Part shown: positions 39,678-52,565 of the stretch, piece after piece | How the letters are laid out: each line of letters opens with the position of its first letter | Numbering within the stretch: the first letter of the stretch is position 1 | Origin: Octopus bimaculoides | Taxonomy: Eukaryota | Length of the DNA stretch: 64,000 nucleotides | Direction: 5' to 3' | Assembly: GCF_001194135.2 (NCBI RefSeq) | Contig: NC_068994.1 | Span: forward strand, 59,519,463 to 59,583,462 | The notes under the pieces: model-generated | Databases searched by the model: none | Told to the model about the DNA's origin: nothing | Seen by the model: only the letters and a program-made list of their open reading frames with translations | Program-made: the position numbers and the translations under genes

Positions 39678-40184
39678 TGATGACTGGGGGGAGGCTATAT
39701 CTTGGAAATCTGTCAACCCAGTGGTTTCCTTTCATGGCAGAATTAATAAAGACTATTTAAGCATTTTATCCGATGAAATTCATCCTACGGTTGTGGAACT
39801 GTTTCCGGAGGGAAACACAATCTTTCAAGATGACAATGCATCAATTCACACAGTTGTTACTGAATGGCACGAGGAAAAATTCTAGTGAAGTTAAACATCT
39901 TATCTGGCCACCACAGTCCCCAGATCTCAATATTATTGAACATTTATGAAGCATTTTAGAAAAACAAGTAAAGCGTCGATATACTCCAGCATCATCACTA
40001 CAAGAACTGGAGACTGTTTTAGCTGAAGAATGGACAAAAATTCCTTTGGAAACAATTCAAACTTTGTATGACTCCATACCTCGTAGAATTCAAGCTGTAA
40101 TTACTGCCAAAGGCGGTCCTACCTCATATTAAAATAAATTTCTTTGAAATTTTAAGGAGTTTCCATTATTTTGTCCACCCCCTG
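39678..40184 (+). mobile_element. Tc1 (DD34E) transposon 3' half with TIR
   Basis: WGEAISW, IFQDDNASIH, WPPQSPDLNIIEHL, SIPRRIQAVITAKGGPTSY*; ends tccattattttgtccaccccctg followed by TA. Confidence 0.93.
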
Positions 40185-40297
40185 TATATATATATATATA
40201 TATATCAACAAGGAGGTCGGAATGAGGAAATTTAATTTCATAATTAACAATTGTTTCACTGTCATTTATACAAATTCAAAATTATTGTTACACACAC

Positions 40298-40345
<48 letters not shown>

Positions 40346-40582
40346 CCATATATGTATGTATGCATGCATGCATGTATGCATGCATGTATGTACGTATGTA
40401 TGTCTGTATATATACGCACACATGCATACACAGACGCACACATAACTACACACATACACGTGCACATACGCACGTACACACACATACAAAAGACATTCCA
40501 AGAGGAAAAGAAATTTTTACATTCGATTAATTGAATGAACTCGTTGGAATAGAATGCGTGCAACTTAACGAGAACAGGATGA

Positions 40583-40674
<92 letters not shown>

Positions 40675-40828
40675 ATGCTGCTGCTGCTGTAGGAACAAAA
40701 ACAGAGCAATCATCAGTGACATTGAGAGCACCACAACAATGATTTGCATTAAGGAAGAGCTAATTGATTAACACTAAGCATGCAATTAACACACACACAA
40801 AGGTGTGTGTGTGTGTATACATGTTTAG

Positions 40829-40895
<67 letters not shown>

Positions 40896-42551
40896 NNNNN
40901 NNNNNNNNNNNNNNNNNNNNNNNNNNNNNNNNNNNNNNNNNNNNNNNNNNNNNNNNNNNNNNNNNNNNNNNNNNNNNNNNNNNNNNNNNNNNNNNNNNNN
41001 NNNNNNNNNNNNNNNNNNNNNNNNNNNNNNNNNNNNNNNNNNNNNNNNNNNNNNNNNNNNNNNNNNNNNNNNNNNNNNNNNNNNNNNNNNNNNNNNNNNN
41101 NNNNNNNNNNNNNNNNNNNNNNNNNNNNNNNNNNNNNNNNNNNNNNNNNNNNNNNNNNNNNNNNNNNNNNNNNNNNNNNNNNNNNNNNNNNNNNNNNNNN
41201 NNNNNNNNNNNNNNNNNAAAGAAAAGAGGAAAGAAAAAAGGTTGGTGGGGAAAGATGAGAGAGATAAAAAGAGACAAAAGAAACGAATTGAAAGGATAGA
41301 CGGCAGAAATATTGATCAGAGAGAAGGAACTGTCTGCCTGTCTGTCTGATTGCCTGTCTGCCAGTCTGCCTGCCTATCCGTCTGCCTGTCTGCCTGCCTA
41401 TCCGTCTGCCTGTCTGCCTGTCCTATACTTGACCTTTAAAGGCCTTTTTATTGTTTCATTGAATGTGTGTTCTAGAAACCTGTGCAATCGATCAAAGGTA
41501 AATAGTCGCGCGCATACACACACACGCACACAAGTATACAGACACGCACGATAGAGGCTTCCACACAGTTTCCGTCCATCATATTCACTCACAACGCATT
41601 GGTTATCTCGGGGCCATAGTAGAAACCTGAACCGAAACCATGCGCTTGCGAAGCGTATGTGCGACTTAACATATTTTGTCGATATCTGTCAGTTCTTAAA
41701 CTGGATAAAGTTTTGAAATAAAATGTTTCAATGAGTTTCTTTATTTTTGCCGAAACTAAAAATGTAAAAATAGATTTTACATTTTCCATGAATGAAAAAA
41801 GAATAAAAAGCAAAGTTGGGAATGCTGCAAACTTTTGTATCGACTTCAAAAGATCACTCGACATTTCCAAAATCCTCACCAAAGATTTTAAAGCTCCTTT
41901 TGATGTGACGCGAGATGATGCTCTTGATTGCTTGTTCCTCAATTTACTGCTGAATGATATTTTGATACCAAAGCATGTGTTTTTATTGGCAAAATGACCC
42001 TTCCAAGGTACGACACAATCTATTTCAAAATACGAGTTCTCACCAAGAAACAAATAGATACAAAATTCCATAATTTATCTATTTTCGGATTTTGCAAGAT
42101 ATGAACGAATTCTTTTCCCATCAGATTTACCCAAGAACTGTTTCCATGCTTGACTTAGGAGGGATAATCATTTGACAAATCGACAGGGAAACTGTCACAT
42201 CTTCAGACTCTCATTTATTAACCAAGAATTTCGGGCCTTGTGCCTAGAGTAGAAAAGAATGTTATACATTTCATGCAGTTTTATATAATACACGCCATAA
42301 GATATGGAAATATGTCATAGTCCCATGGTGCGATGACTTCGCCGTGATTTGAAGGCACCGTCGAGTAAATGAATGTTTTGCGATGAGTTTGTTTGGGTGT
42401 GACACAATATATAAATAGACCAAACACTTAGATATCTCCTGCAGACAAGATTCGGGGTAAGATGTGCTAAGGAGTCGATTCCCAGGATTATAGTTATCTC
42501 CTCAATATGTGTGTGTGTGTGTGTATAGTGTGTGTAAATATGAATATATGC

Positions 42552-42589
<38 letters not shown>

Positions 42590-44009
42590 NNNNNNNNNNN
42601 NNNNNNNNNNNNNNNNNNNNNNNNNNNNNNNNNNNNNNNNNNNNNNNNNNNNNNNNNNNNNNNNNNNNNNNNNNNNNNNNNNNNNNNNNNNNNNNNNNNN
42701 NNNNNNNNNNNNNNNNNNNNNNNNNNNNNNNNNNNNNNNNNNNNNNNNNNNNNNNNNNNNNNNNNNNNNNNNNNNNNNNNNNNNNNNNNNNNNNNNNNNN
42801 NNNNNNNNNNNNNNNNNNNNNNNNNNNNNNNNNNNNNNNNNNNNNNNNNNNNNNNNNNNNNNNNNNNNNNNNNNNNNNNNNNNNNNNNNNNNNNNNNNNN
42901 NNNNNNNNNNNNNNNNNNNNNNNNNNNNNNNNNNNNNNNNNNNNNNNNNNNNNNNNNNNNNNNNNNNNNNNNNNNNNNNNNNNNNNNNNNNNNNNNNNNN
43001 NNNNNNNNNNNNNNNNNNNNNNNNNNNNNNNNNNNNNNNNNNNNNNNNNNNNNNNNNNNNNNNNNNNNNNNNNNNNNNNNNNNNNNNNNNNNNNNNNNNN
43101 NNNNNNNNNNNNNNNNNNNNNNNNNNNNNNNNNNNNNNNNNNNNNNNNNNNNNNNNNNNNNNNNNNNNNNNNNNNNNNNNNNNNNNNNNNNNNNNNNNNN
43201 NNNNNNNNNNNNNNNNNNNNNNNNNNNNNNNNNNNNNNNNNNNNNNNNNNNNNNNNNNNNNNNNNNNNNNNNNNNNNNNNNNNNNNNNNNNNNNNNNNNN
43301 NNNNNNNNNNNNNNNNNNNNNNNNNNNNNNNNNNNNNNNNNNNNNNNNAGTTTTCGATTTTATTTCTCTCTAACTGGTCCCCCAATCGTAACCAGCTTCT
43401 GTTTGCTGAGAACGTTACCGTTGTACCTCATAATATAGGGGTTTCTAATTCAGGTTCAAGGCTAAGAATTGCCACAAGGAGGGAGTTTTCTCGTCTCCAT
43501 CGCCATCAGTCCTTCACAGGTTCTAAATTTTATCGACCTCGAAAAAAATAAAAAGTTAAGATGACTTTGGCGGGATTTGAACACAAAGCAGATAGAGTGT
43601 GGAGAAAGATATATCAGAAAGCAACCCTGGCCCCCCTTCTGCCAGCCCGCTGCCGATGCAGTTTGGAGAACAGTTGTGCCTTTTGAAGTTTAGGCACGAG
43701 TCATTATTCCTCCTCGACTGATTCAATGGCCCAAGTACATTACTGGTACAAATTAATGCTGATATAATTCAAGAGAAAGTAGACTACGGAGGAATTAAAG
43801 CCAAAGTCGCCTCTGGCGGAATTCTATTCCAAGTCGTTTATTGAGATACAGCTAACATCAAATTCCAATTTGCATTTGGAATTCATGTTCTACAAAAGAT
43901 AAATGATAAAAGGTTTATTACAGGGTCGTAGCTTTTAGCAGGTGATAATATTTTATGTCCAAAAAGATGGAATGGAAACTCTTCGAGAAAACCAAATGTA
44001 GAACAATAG

Positions 44010-44180
44010 GTGCAGGCGTGGGGGTGTGATAAGAAGCTTGCTTCCTAACCACATGGTTCTGTGTTCAATCCTACTGCGTGACACTTTGAGAAAGTGTCTT
44101 CTACTATAGCTTTGGGACGACCAAAGCCTTGTGAATGGATTTGGTTGACGGAAACTAAAAGAAGCCCGTCGTATATATGT
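44010..44180 (+). mobile_element. Second tRNA-derived SINE family
   Basis: ggtgcaggcgtggggtgtgataagaagcttgc...gttcaatcctactgcg...aaagccttgtgaatggatttgg; related copies at ~1200-1350(-), 3615-3760, 9870-10015(-), 23680-23845(-) and 51300-51460(-). Confidence 0.85.
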
Positions 44181-44273
44181 ATGTATATATATATCCCATG
44201 TGGGATATATATGGAAAGAAGTGTAAGAAAAAGAACTGATAAAAAATTTTTTCGTACTAAAATGAAGAGCGGT

Positions 44274-44311
<38 letters not shown>

Positions 44312-44675
44312 GTCACTGCTTGACATCCGGCATTGGTATGTTTATGTCCCTGTAATTTAGCGGTTCTGCTAAAGAGACAGCTAGAATAAGTACCAGTTAA
44401 AAAAAAAAAAAAGAACAAATAACGGCGTGGTGTCATTCGACTAAAAAATTCTTCAAGGCGGTGCCCCAGCATGGCTGCAGTCTAATGACTGGAGACAAGT
44501 AAAAGATGAAAGATACCACTGACAAGTCTTTCGACCCCCGCCCCCCACCCAAAGAATCAAGCTGAAGAGTTTTGTTATGGGCGAGTTTTGTGAAAGTTCA
44601 ACATTTTAATGGTTGCATCGCCAAATGTACTGTTATATTCAGTGAGACTACTGACGTTAACCATGGATAAGGACC

Positions 44676-44770
44676 ATGAATAGGTGGATAGGGGCCATGA
44701 ACAGGTTGATAGGGGCTATGGATAGGTGGATAGGGGTCATGGTTAGGTGGATAGGGACCATGAATAGAGA
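44676..44770. repeat. 21-bp minisatellite (ccatgaataggtggatagggg) x~4.5
   Basis: Direct inspection; reads PYPPIHG repeats on the minus strand. Confidence 0.88.
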
Positions 44771-45820
44771 AGTGGTGGCGTGCATTGCGGCAAACAATGT
44801 CTCCCGCTGAGTTATGTAACCGGAAGGAGAGTAGGAGGAGGAGAAGTGAAAGAATAGGAAGAAGAGAAAGAAGAGGAAGAAAAGAAAGAGGACAAATAGT
44901 TGTGGAAGAAGGAGACGAAGAAAAAGAAGAGAGGGGGATGGAGAAGGAGGTGGGGTGAAAGCTGACAAGAAGAAAAGAAAGAAAATAGAAAGAAGAAAAG
45001 GAAAAAAAGGGATGGAAGTCGAAGAAAATCAAGTAATTCATTTCTTACCGTCTCTTTTGGGTGTCACAGTGTTGTGTCACACTCTTGTAGGTTCCACAGT
45101 GCCGTAGGTGCCAGGGGATTGATCAAGCGATGGGTTGATATTCCTGGCAGAAGTTACCAAAGTTGGAATCAATGCTTGGTTTTCATTTGAAGCTCTGGTT
45201 TTCCTGCAACCAATTTCAGTGAATCAGTGCAAAGTGTAAATAGATGTGTATGTGCGTGCATGTATGTGTGTGTGTGTGTGTTGCTAATCAACATCCCTCC
45301 CTTTAAATGTGGTTTAGTTTTACAGTAGGAATAATAACAGGACATAACAACAGATGTCTTTCGAGTAAGGACGAATAAAATGAAGCTGGCGTATATGGAA
45401 ATAAGGCCTTACAACCGGGATACAAGATTTCACAGGCACAGGGAGGAATAACGATGTTACACACACAACGGCCGCCCAAGATTAAAACAAAATATCATTT
45501 TACACGAGAATTCGCTAATAGACAAATGTTGAAAAAAAAAACAAAAAAAAAACGGTGATTTTAACTCACAGCATTCAACTATTAAACAGTCATAATTCGA
45601 ATGAACAAATTAAATTGAATATTAAGTATTTATGGAAATTTGATTCACTGAGGGATGACTTTTGGCCAGCCCTGTAAATATNNNNNNNNNNNNNNNNNNN
45701 NNNNNNNNNNNNNNNNNNNNNNNNNNNNNNNNNNNNNNNNNNNNNNNNNNNNNNNNNNNNNNNNNNNNNNNNNNNNNNNNNNNNNNNNNNNNNNNNNNNN
45801 NNNNNNNNNNATATATATAA

Positions 45821-45872
<52 letters not shown>

Positions 45873-46268
45873 GCAGATACATAGATACATATATTTGCTT
45901 GAATTGCTTGACTTGTCGACACGAGACTTGTTCGATATGACATTGTCTTTCAGGAGATAAAGGGCAAATTGTAAAGTTATAAAGTTTATGCTTTTAGTGG
46001 GATGTTAAAAATGTGAATGAAAGGAAATACAAGTAGGAATCGAACCCCAAATATTTCTCTTTACTTCTATTCTGCAGTCCTCTCAACGCACATAAATAAA
46101 CTGTCGTATTTATGGAGCCCCATAAATATTAATACGCATTTGCATATGGAAAATACACACATACACATATACGATTATACAGATGCATACATACATACAC
46201 AGATAACAACACATATACAGTGACATGTACATACACACATATACTTAGATTCACAGATATGCTGTTAA

Positions 46269-46331
<63 letters not shown>

Positions 46332-47156
46332 NNNNNNNNNNNNNNNNNNNNNNNNNNNNNNNNNNNNNNNNNNNNNNNNNNNNNNNNNNNNNNNNNNNNN
46401 NNNNNNNNNNNNNNNNNNNNNNNNNNNNNNNNNNNNNNNNNNNNNNNNNNNNNNNNNNNNNNNNNNNNNNNNNNNNNNNNNNNNNNNNNNNNNNNNNNNN
46501 NNNNNNNNNNNNNNNNNNNNNNNNNNNNNNNNNNNNNNNNNNNNNNNNNNNNNNNNNNNNNNNNNNNNNNNNNNNNNNNNNNNNNNNNNNNNNNNNNNNN
46601 NNNNNNNNNNNNNNNNNNNNNNNNNNNNNNNNNNNNNNNNNNNNNNNNNNNNNNNNNNNNNNNNNNNNNNNNNNNNNNNNNNNNNNNNNNNNNNNNNNNN
46701 NNNNNNNNNNNNNNNNNNNNNNNNNNNNNNNNNNNNNNNNNNNNNNNNNNNNNNNNNNNNNNNNNNNNNNNNNNNNNNNNNNNNNNNNNNNNNNNNNNNN
46801 NNNNNNNNNNNNNNNNNNNNNNNNNNNNNNNNNNNNNNNNNNNNNNNNNNNNNNNNNNNNNNNNNNNNNNNNNNNNNNNNNNNNNNNNNNNNNNNNNNNN
46901 NNNNNNNNNNNNNNNNNNNNNNNNNNNNNNNNNNNNNNNNNNNNNNNNNNNNNNNNNNNNNNNNNNNNNNNNNNNNNNNNNNNNNNNNNNNNNNNNNNNN
47001 NNNNNNNTTACTTTCGTTTCATTCATTTCTGTCGTCTGCTTTCTTTTTTTTATCTGATTTCTTTGATTTATTCATGTATTTCTTTATTTGTTTATCTATT
47101 TATTACTATTACAGGGTTTTATAAAAAACGGAATCATCATCATCATCAACATTTTC

Positions 47157-47219
<63 letters not shown>

Positions 47220-47230
47220 TTATCACACAA

Positions 47231-47268
<38 letters not shown>

Positions 47269-47918
47269 CGCGCAAAAAGACGTCGTCATCGTTGCTATTG
47301 GTAACCGCTCCTTCAATGAACCCAAAAGCCTGCTTCATAAGCGCCACCTATCAACCAAATACACAGCACGTGACATGATTATAGAACGTTCTTCTTGAAT
47401 TTTTGCAGCTCGTTTGTGTCCCCTTTCCTCGTCTTCATCTTTCATATTGTTGCTGTTGTTACTGCTGTCTTTGGTGTCGTCCTTTACCACCACTACGACT
47501 CTCCCCCCTCCCCATTACCTCATCAATTATTTTTTCTTGCCTCCTACTACAATATTGCTCTTATTCTTACTTCAATACCACTTCTTCCGCCTACTTCTTC
47601 CATTTCCCCTTCTCCTACATCTCCCTCCCTCCCCGTCCCTCGCTCTCCCTGTCTTTCTCTCTGTCTATTTCTTGCTAATTATTCTTGCTAATTATAAATT
47701 CAGTCGATCAGACACAAAACTGTGGGACAACAATTAACAAAGGTTTTTTTTATTTACATTCTCCATTGATCGATAAATCACCGTAGCAGCGAGGGCTACA
47801 GTGATCATTATAAACGGTTCATAGGATGTGAGGCTTCGAGCTCAACATCAATGTAGTAATACACAGAGATGACAACGCAAACGCAAATGTTATAATAAAT
47901 AAATATAAAAGAATGTTG

Positions 47919-48012
47919 CTACAATGAAGACATATCTGTATCATTGTCTGTCACAGGGTTGTGTATTAGCAGCTCCTCTCTTTCATCATCAGGTTGCATT
48001 GGATCATCAGAA
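47919..48012 (-). CDS. Putative terminal exon of an unidentified gene (xSDDPMQPDDEREELLIHNPVTDNDTDMSSL*)
   Basis: CTAAC branch-like motif and attatag| acceptor; 94 nt to TAG; unique non-repetitive 3' flank with AATAAA at 47749-47754. Confidence 0.45.
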
Positions 48013-48079
48013 CTATAATTCGACATGGAATTGGTGTTAGGTACAGAAATGATAGTAAATTGTTTAATATTTCAGATTG

Positions 48080-48300
48080 CAAGAAGGCGGCGGCGAGCTG
48101 GCAGAATCGTTAGCACGTCGGGCAAAATGCTTAGCGGCATTTCGTTCGTTCTTACGTTCTGAGTTCAAATTTCGCCCAGATCCACTTTGCCTTTCATCCT
48201 TTCGGAATCGATAAAATAAGTACCAGTTACGCACTGGGGTTGATATAATCGACTTAGCCCCTTCCCCGAAATTCCTGGCCTTGTACCAAAATTTGAAACC
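48080..48300 (+). mobile_element. tRNA-derived SINE with 14-bp target-site duplication
   Basis: ggcggcgagctggcagaatcgttagc head, ttctgagttcaaatt B-box-like motif; aatatttcagattg at 48066-48079 and 48301-48314; same family at 10240-10460, 15832-16051 and 36905-37107(-). Confidence 0.92.
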
Positions 48301-48314
48301 AATATTTCAGATTG

Positions 48315-48431
48315 GAAACAAAAACCAAAATTAAGCAACTAATTTTCGGTGCACTGCTGTTTACAGATGACTGTGAATTGCTTGTGCTGGATGAGTCAAG
48401 TATCCAAGAATGTGTTGATCAATTCTCAAAG
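48315..48431 (+). mobile_element. RTE RT fragment running into an assembly gap
   Basis: KTKIKQL...LLFTDDCELL...SIQECVDQFSK. Confidence 0.8.
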
Positions 48432-48509
48432 NNNNNNNNNNNNNNNNNNNNNNNNNNNNNNNNNNNNNNNNNNNNNNNNNNNNNNNNNNNNNNNNNNNNN
48501 NNNNNNTAG

Positions 48510-49420
48510 ACTTCAATTGTTTTCTGTGGCTGCAATGTTTTCTTTCATGTTTCTTAATGAATTTTGACCTGACTGTAAGATAGTTCAAGATCGAACTCAT
48601 CCTGCTGCTTATATTGAGGCAATACATTGATTTCAACGAAAGTGGAATATGCTGTTTCTTTGAGGCATCTCTAAATTCTTCAACGTTCTTCTCTAATATT
48701 TATACTTGACAAGGATGCATCTAATTCGTCTGAGAACTCATGTTTCATATCCAAAACTTCGTGCGACTTGATGGTTATACATCTTGGAGATTATTTTGAT
48801 AATGTTTTTCCACAAATTCTAAAAGATTCGCAACAAGCAACAAAAAGTTATTCGACATCCACGTGACATGGGATGGATAGATAAAAATATATCTTTTAAC
48901 AGATTTTCTGGTAACTATTTAATGAAGTTCCAAGGTTGTCTTTAGCAATTATTGGAACCGGAACCTAACCAACACCAAACAGCAGCACTTTGTCATTACG
49001 ATGAACTTTTGAGATTGCAGAACATAAACTGTCTCAGACCTCGTCTTTGTCATGTTCATTGTAAGGTATTCTTAGAATACAGAAGAATTTTTTTAAGCGA
49101 TGAGTAACCACCATCTTCCCCCTCTCCTTCAGATCTAATGTCATAATGGGGGTCACTTTGATGTTGGGGAAAGGATAACTATGGATAGAAACCCTATATC
49201 ACGTGACCCAGTTTTATTTTCTTCGTTTCCATTAAATATGGTAACATCCTTCCAGTCGACCCCCAGAAATACAAGTTTCACTAACAACATCAACGTTGTA
49301 TTTGTTTAAGACCTATGTGACAACAGTCGTTTGTTTCTCAACTCAAGAACCGCCACCAGAATAATTCGAACATTCCAGAATCCAACTCCTCATTTAGTGG
49401 GAAAGATGATTTTAAACCTT
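48510..49420 (-). mobile_element. Highly degenerate LINE apurinic-endonuclease region (RTE-like)
   Basis: FWNVR, VLNKYNVDVVSET, DKDEV*DSLCSAISKVHRNDKVLLFG remnants across frameshifts. Confidence 0.7.
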
Positions 49421-51574
49421 GAATTCGATCGCTCTAACAGCGTCAGTGTAGTAAGAGGCTGGTTCAGCACAATTATTCTGACCACAAGACGTACATGAAA
49501 ATTTTCGACAGATACTGTTTACTAAGTTTTTTTAAATTAAAAGAAGTAGCATGAACCTGTGTTTATGTAAGTTTTACGTTAGGATCCTTTTAGGGATCCC
49601 AAAGGTAAAGAACAGTGGAGAAAACCTTTGGTGGTCGATGCCTTATGAAGCCTTGACCTTCAATGGGAACAAAGGGCTTGAATCGGTTAAATAAGCATAA
49701 CCCATTTACCTTTTGTTTTATATTTCCACCACAAAGATCCTAATGGAGCAGTGTTTCCAACATGGGACCCTAACCCCAAATGGAATACGATTTGCTCTAC
49801 AAACTTGCTCGGTCTTTACACACCCCAGACGTTTCAAATCTTAATTCAGTCTGAACTGAAGACATTTCTCGACTTGATTTACAACACTAAACTTCTGTTA
49901 GACAAACACAACAGCAAGAATTAATTTACTTCTCTAAATCAGTGTGAAATCTGGGAAATTAACAATTGTTAATTAGTTTCTGTATAAGTTTTAGGCCTGA
50001 AGATCTGCATGTTTCGTTTATGTAATTCCTTAACCAGACCAACATATTCCCATTTGTATTGTTAGAGATAGCTAATGCGTTATCCCTGTACAAATATTAT
50101 TTCATTTAAGATATCTAATCTATATAATCGTCTGGGATCATAGTTGTCCGTGCTATCAAACGCCCCCATGTTTACATTAAGCGAACCATCTAGGTCAGAT
50201 CTCTTGACTCAGGTCTTCTTAGCATGCATTTCAATTATTATGTTACAGTCGTTTATTGTGCTATAAAAGTTTGCAAAATCTAGTGTCTCGTTGCAAAATC
50301 CAGTCCTCATCTAATAACTCTTTCGAGAGATTAATGGATACGACTCTACAACGTCAAACTTTGGTAAATCTGGCATTGACTTTATAAGTATTTTATCGAA
50401 ACAAGTTATAACTGCACTAATATAGCTCAATTGGGCAAGACTGGTGGCTATTCTTATTTTATTAATCTTCCTTAGAATATTTTTGTTAATAAAACAGACG
50501 CCAGACTTAACCAGGTTTATTAACCTACATTTAGTGCTAGATGCAAAGTTATTCGCATGATACTCAATCGTAATAAAAGTTTTCTCACACTCGGCTAATA
50601 TTTCTATCTTGTCATAAATATTTATCCGTATTGCCATGTCCTTTCTTCTATTTGTTTAGACCTCTGGATTGGCTTTCATACAGATTTTTGCGCTATCACC
50701 GATCTGCTGTATGCTTGAATTATTTTGTACCTCGTAAATATTTTTAGTTTTCTCTGAGAACAAATACATACACTCTCACCCCACACTCACACACCAGGGA
50801 AACCGCACGAATGGTAGTGCTTTTGCTTGTAATTAATAAAGGGATTAAATTCTACAGTTTACTAAACTAAATTGCGGAATAAGATGTAAATGAAACCTGT
50901 CATTATTGACAAAAGTATTTGAAGAAACTGAAAACTGTAAAAGCGATGCGGGAGATGATTGTTTACGGGTAAATGTGAAAGACGACGCTGTTTGTGATTA
51001 TAGAAGACCAGTTTGTAACAGCAGGAGTTAAAACAGTGGATTTTAGTTGAAGACTTTACTCTCCATCGAGTTTGTTCCTATAATTATTTAGTGTTTTATT
51101 GGTTCCAGGTATTGGACAGCGGTCATGCTGGAGCAGCGCTTTGGAGGATCAGTCGAGCAAATCGGTCGCAGTACTTATTTTTTTGAAGCCTGACACTTAT
51201 TCTACCGATCTCGTTTGTGGAACTATTTAAGTTACGGGGACGTAAACAAAACAACAGTCAAACAGTGTGGAACAAATCCAGATACTCACACATATATGGT
51301 GGGATTCCATACATTTTCTCGTGTACCAAATTTACTCACAAGACATTGGTCGGCCCGGGACGATAGAAGACACTTGCGCAATGTGCAGCACAGTGGGACT
51401 GAACTCAAAGCCTTGTGGTTGCGAAACGAATTTCTTAACCACAGAGCTAAGCTTGCACCTCCATCTATATTGAAAAATCTCAATTAGAAAATTTAGATTC
51501 ACATTAATATGTTGCAACAAAATACAATAAAAATCTGATCATCTTCTTTGTCTGAATCCTCGATAAACCTAGAA

Positions 51575-52565
51575 TTAGAGAAATTTTTGTTTCGGAGAAG
51601 TGTCGTATGAAAGTTCAATGAAGGATGTTGTTCTGTTGCTGTGGACACATCTCTTCCTTAATTTTTCCCCCTTACTGACCTTCGCTGCAAAAATGAGTCT
51701 TTCGACTTCCTGCTCAGTACACGTGAACTGAGAACAATGCAGTCTCCTCCAACGGTGACGTCGTCCGCATATGCAAATGCCGGATGTTCCGCATCCCAAT
51801 TCTCGCAGGATGTCTCGCGACGTCTCCAACTTCTGTAGATGCAACTCTAGGTCAGTTCGTAAAGAATTGAAGAGAGGGACATGGGTGTGGCTTCGATGAG
51901 GCCGTCTTGGTTCGGTCAGAATGGGTGCAGCTGTGTTTTTATAGTCTTTCTTTTTATTTGCTTCACTGTCCCTCCTCGCAAAATGATATTTCCATGTCGG
52001 GAAAGATTTGATGTGAGAGAGATGGAGGTAAGTTTGCCTGTGTACCCATCTCTCCTGATGGTAGCTGCAATCCTCTGCAGGCTGCTTTCTTCCCTCTTTT
52101 CATATTAAGTACTGAGCATTTGGTAATCCCAAATTCCATACCGATGCCCCTACCGCACTTCTGGACTGTTTTGGTTAAGGAATCTATCTGTTTTTCAGAT
52201 TTCCCAGACAATTTCAGGCCATCCATAAACAGAAGATGGTTCAATGATGGGCCTTTCTTCCCACATCGTTAACCAATCTTAACTTTCCCAAGTATCATTG
52301 TTATGGGTATTAGTGCAATTACAAAAAGTAACGGTGAAAACGAATCACATTGGAAGATTCCCCTTTTAATATTAACTTCTCCAAGGAATACATTACTTGA
52401 GTACAATTTGGTTTTCCACCCTTTCATGCAATGCATCAGAAAATTTGTGACGTTGTCAGCAACACCAAGCATCTGCAGGAATTCAACGATCCAAGGATGA
52501 GGCATCATATCATATGCCTTCTTAAAGTCAATCCAAGCCATAAACATGTTTGTACGATGTTTGTA
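51575..52565 (-). mobile_element. Third R4/Dong fragment (RT)
   Basis: AWIDFKKAYDMMPHPWI, KRGIFQCDSFSPLLFVIALIP, NHLLFMDGLKL, MEFGITKC. Confidence 0.9.
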
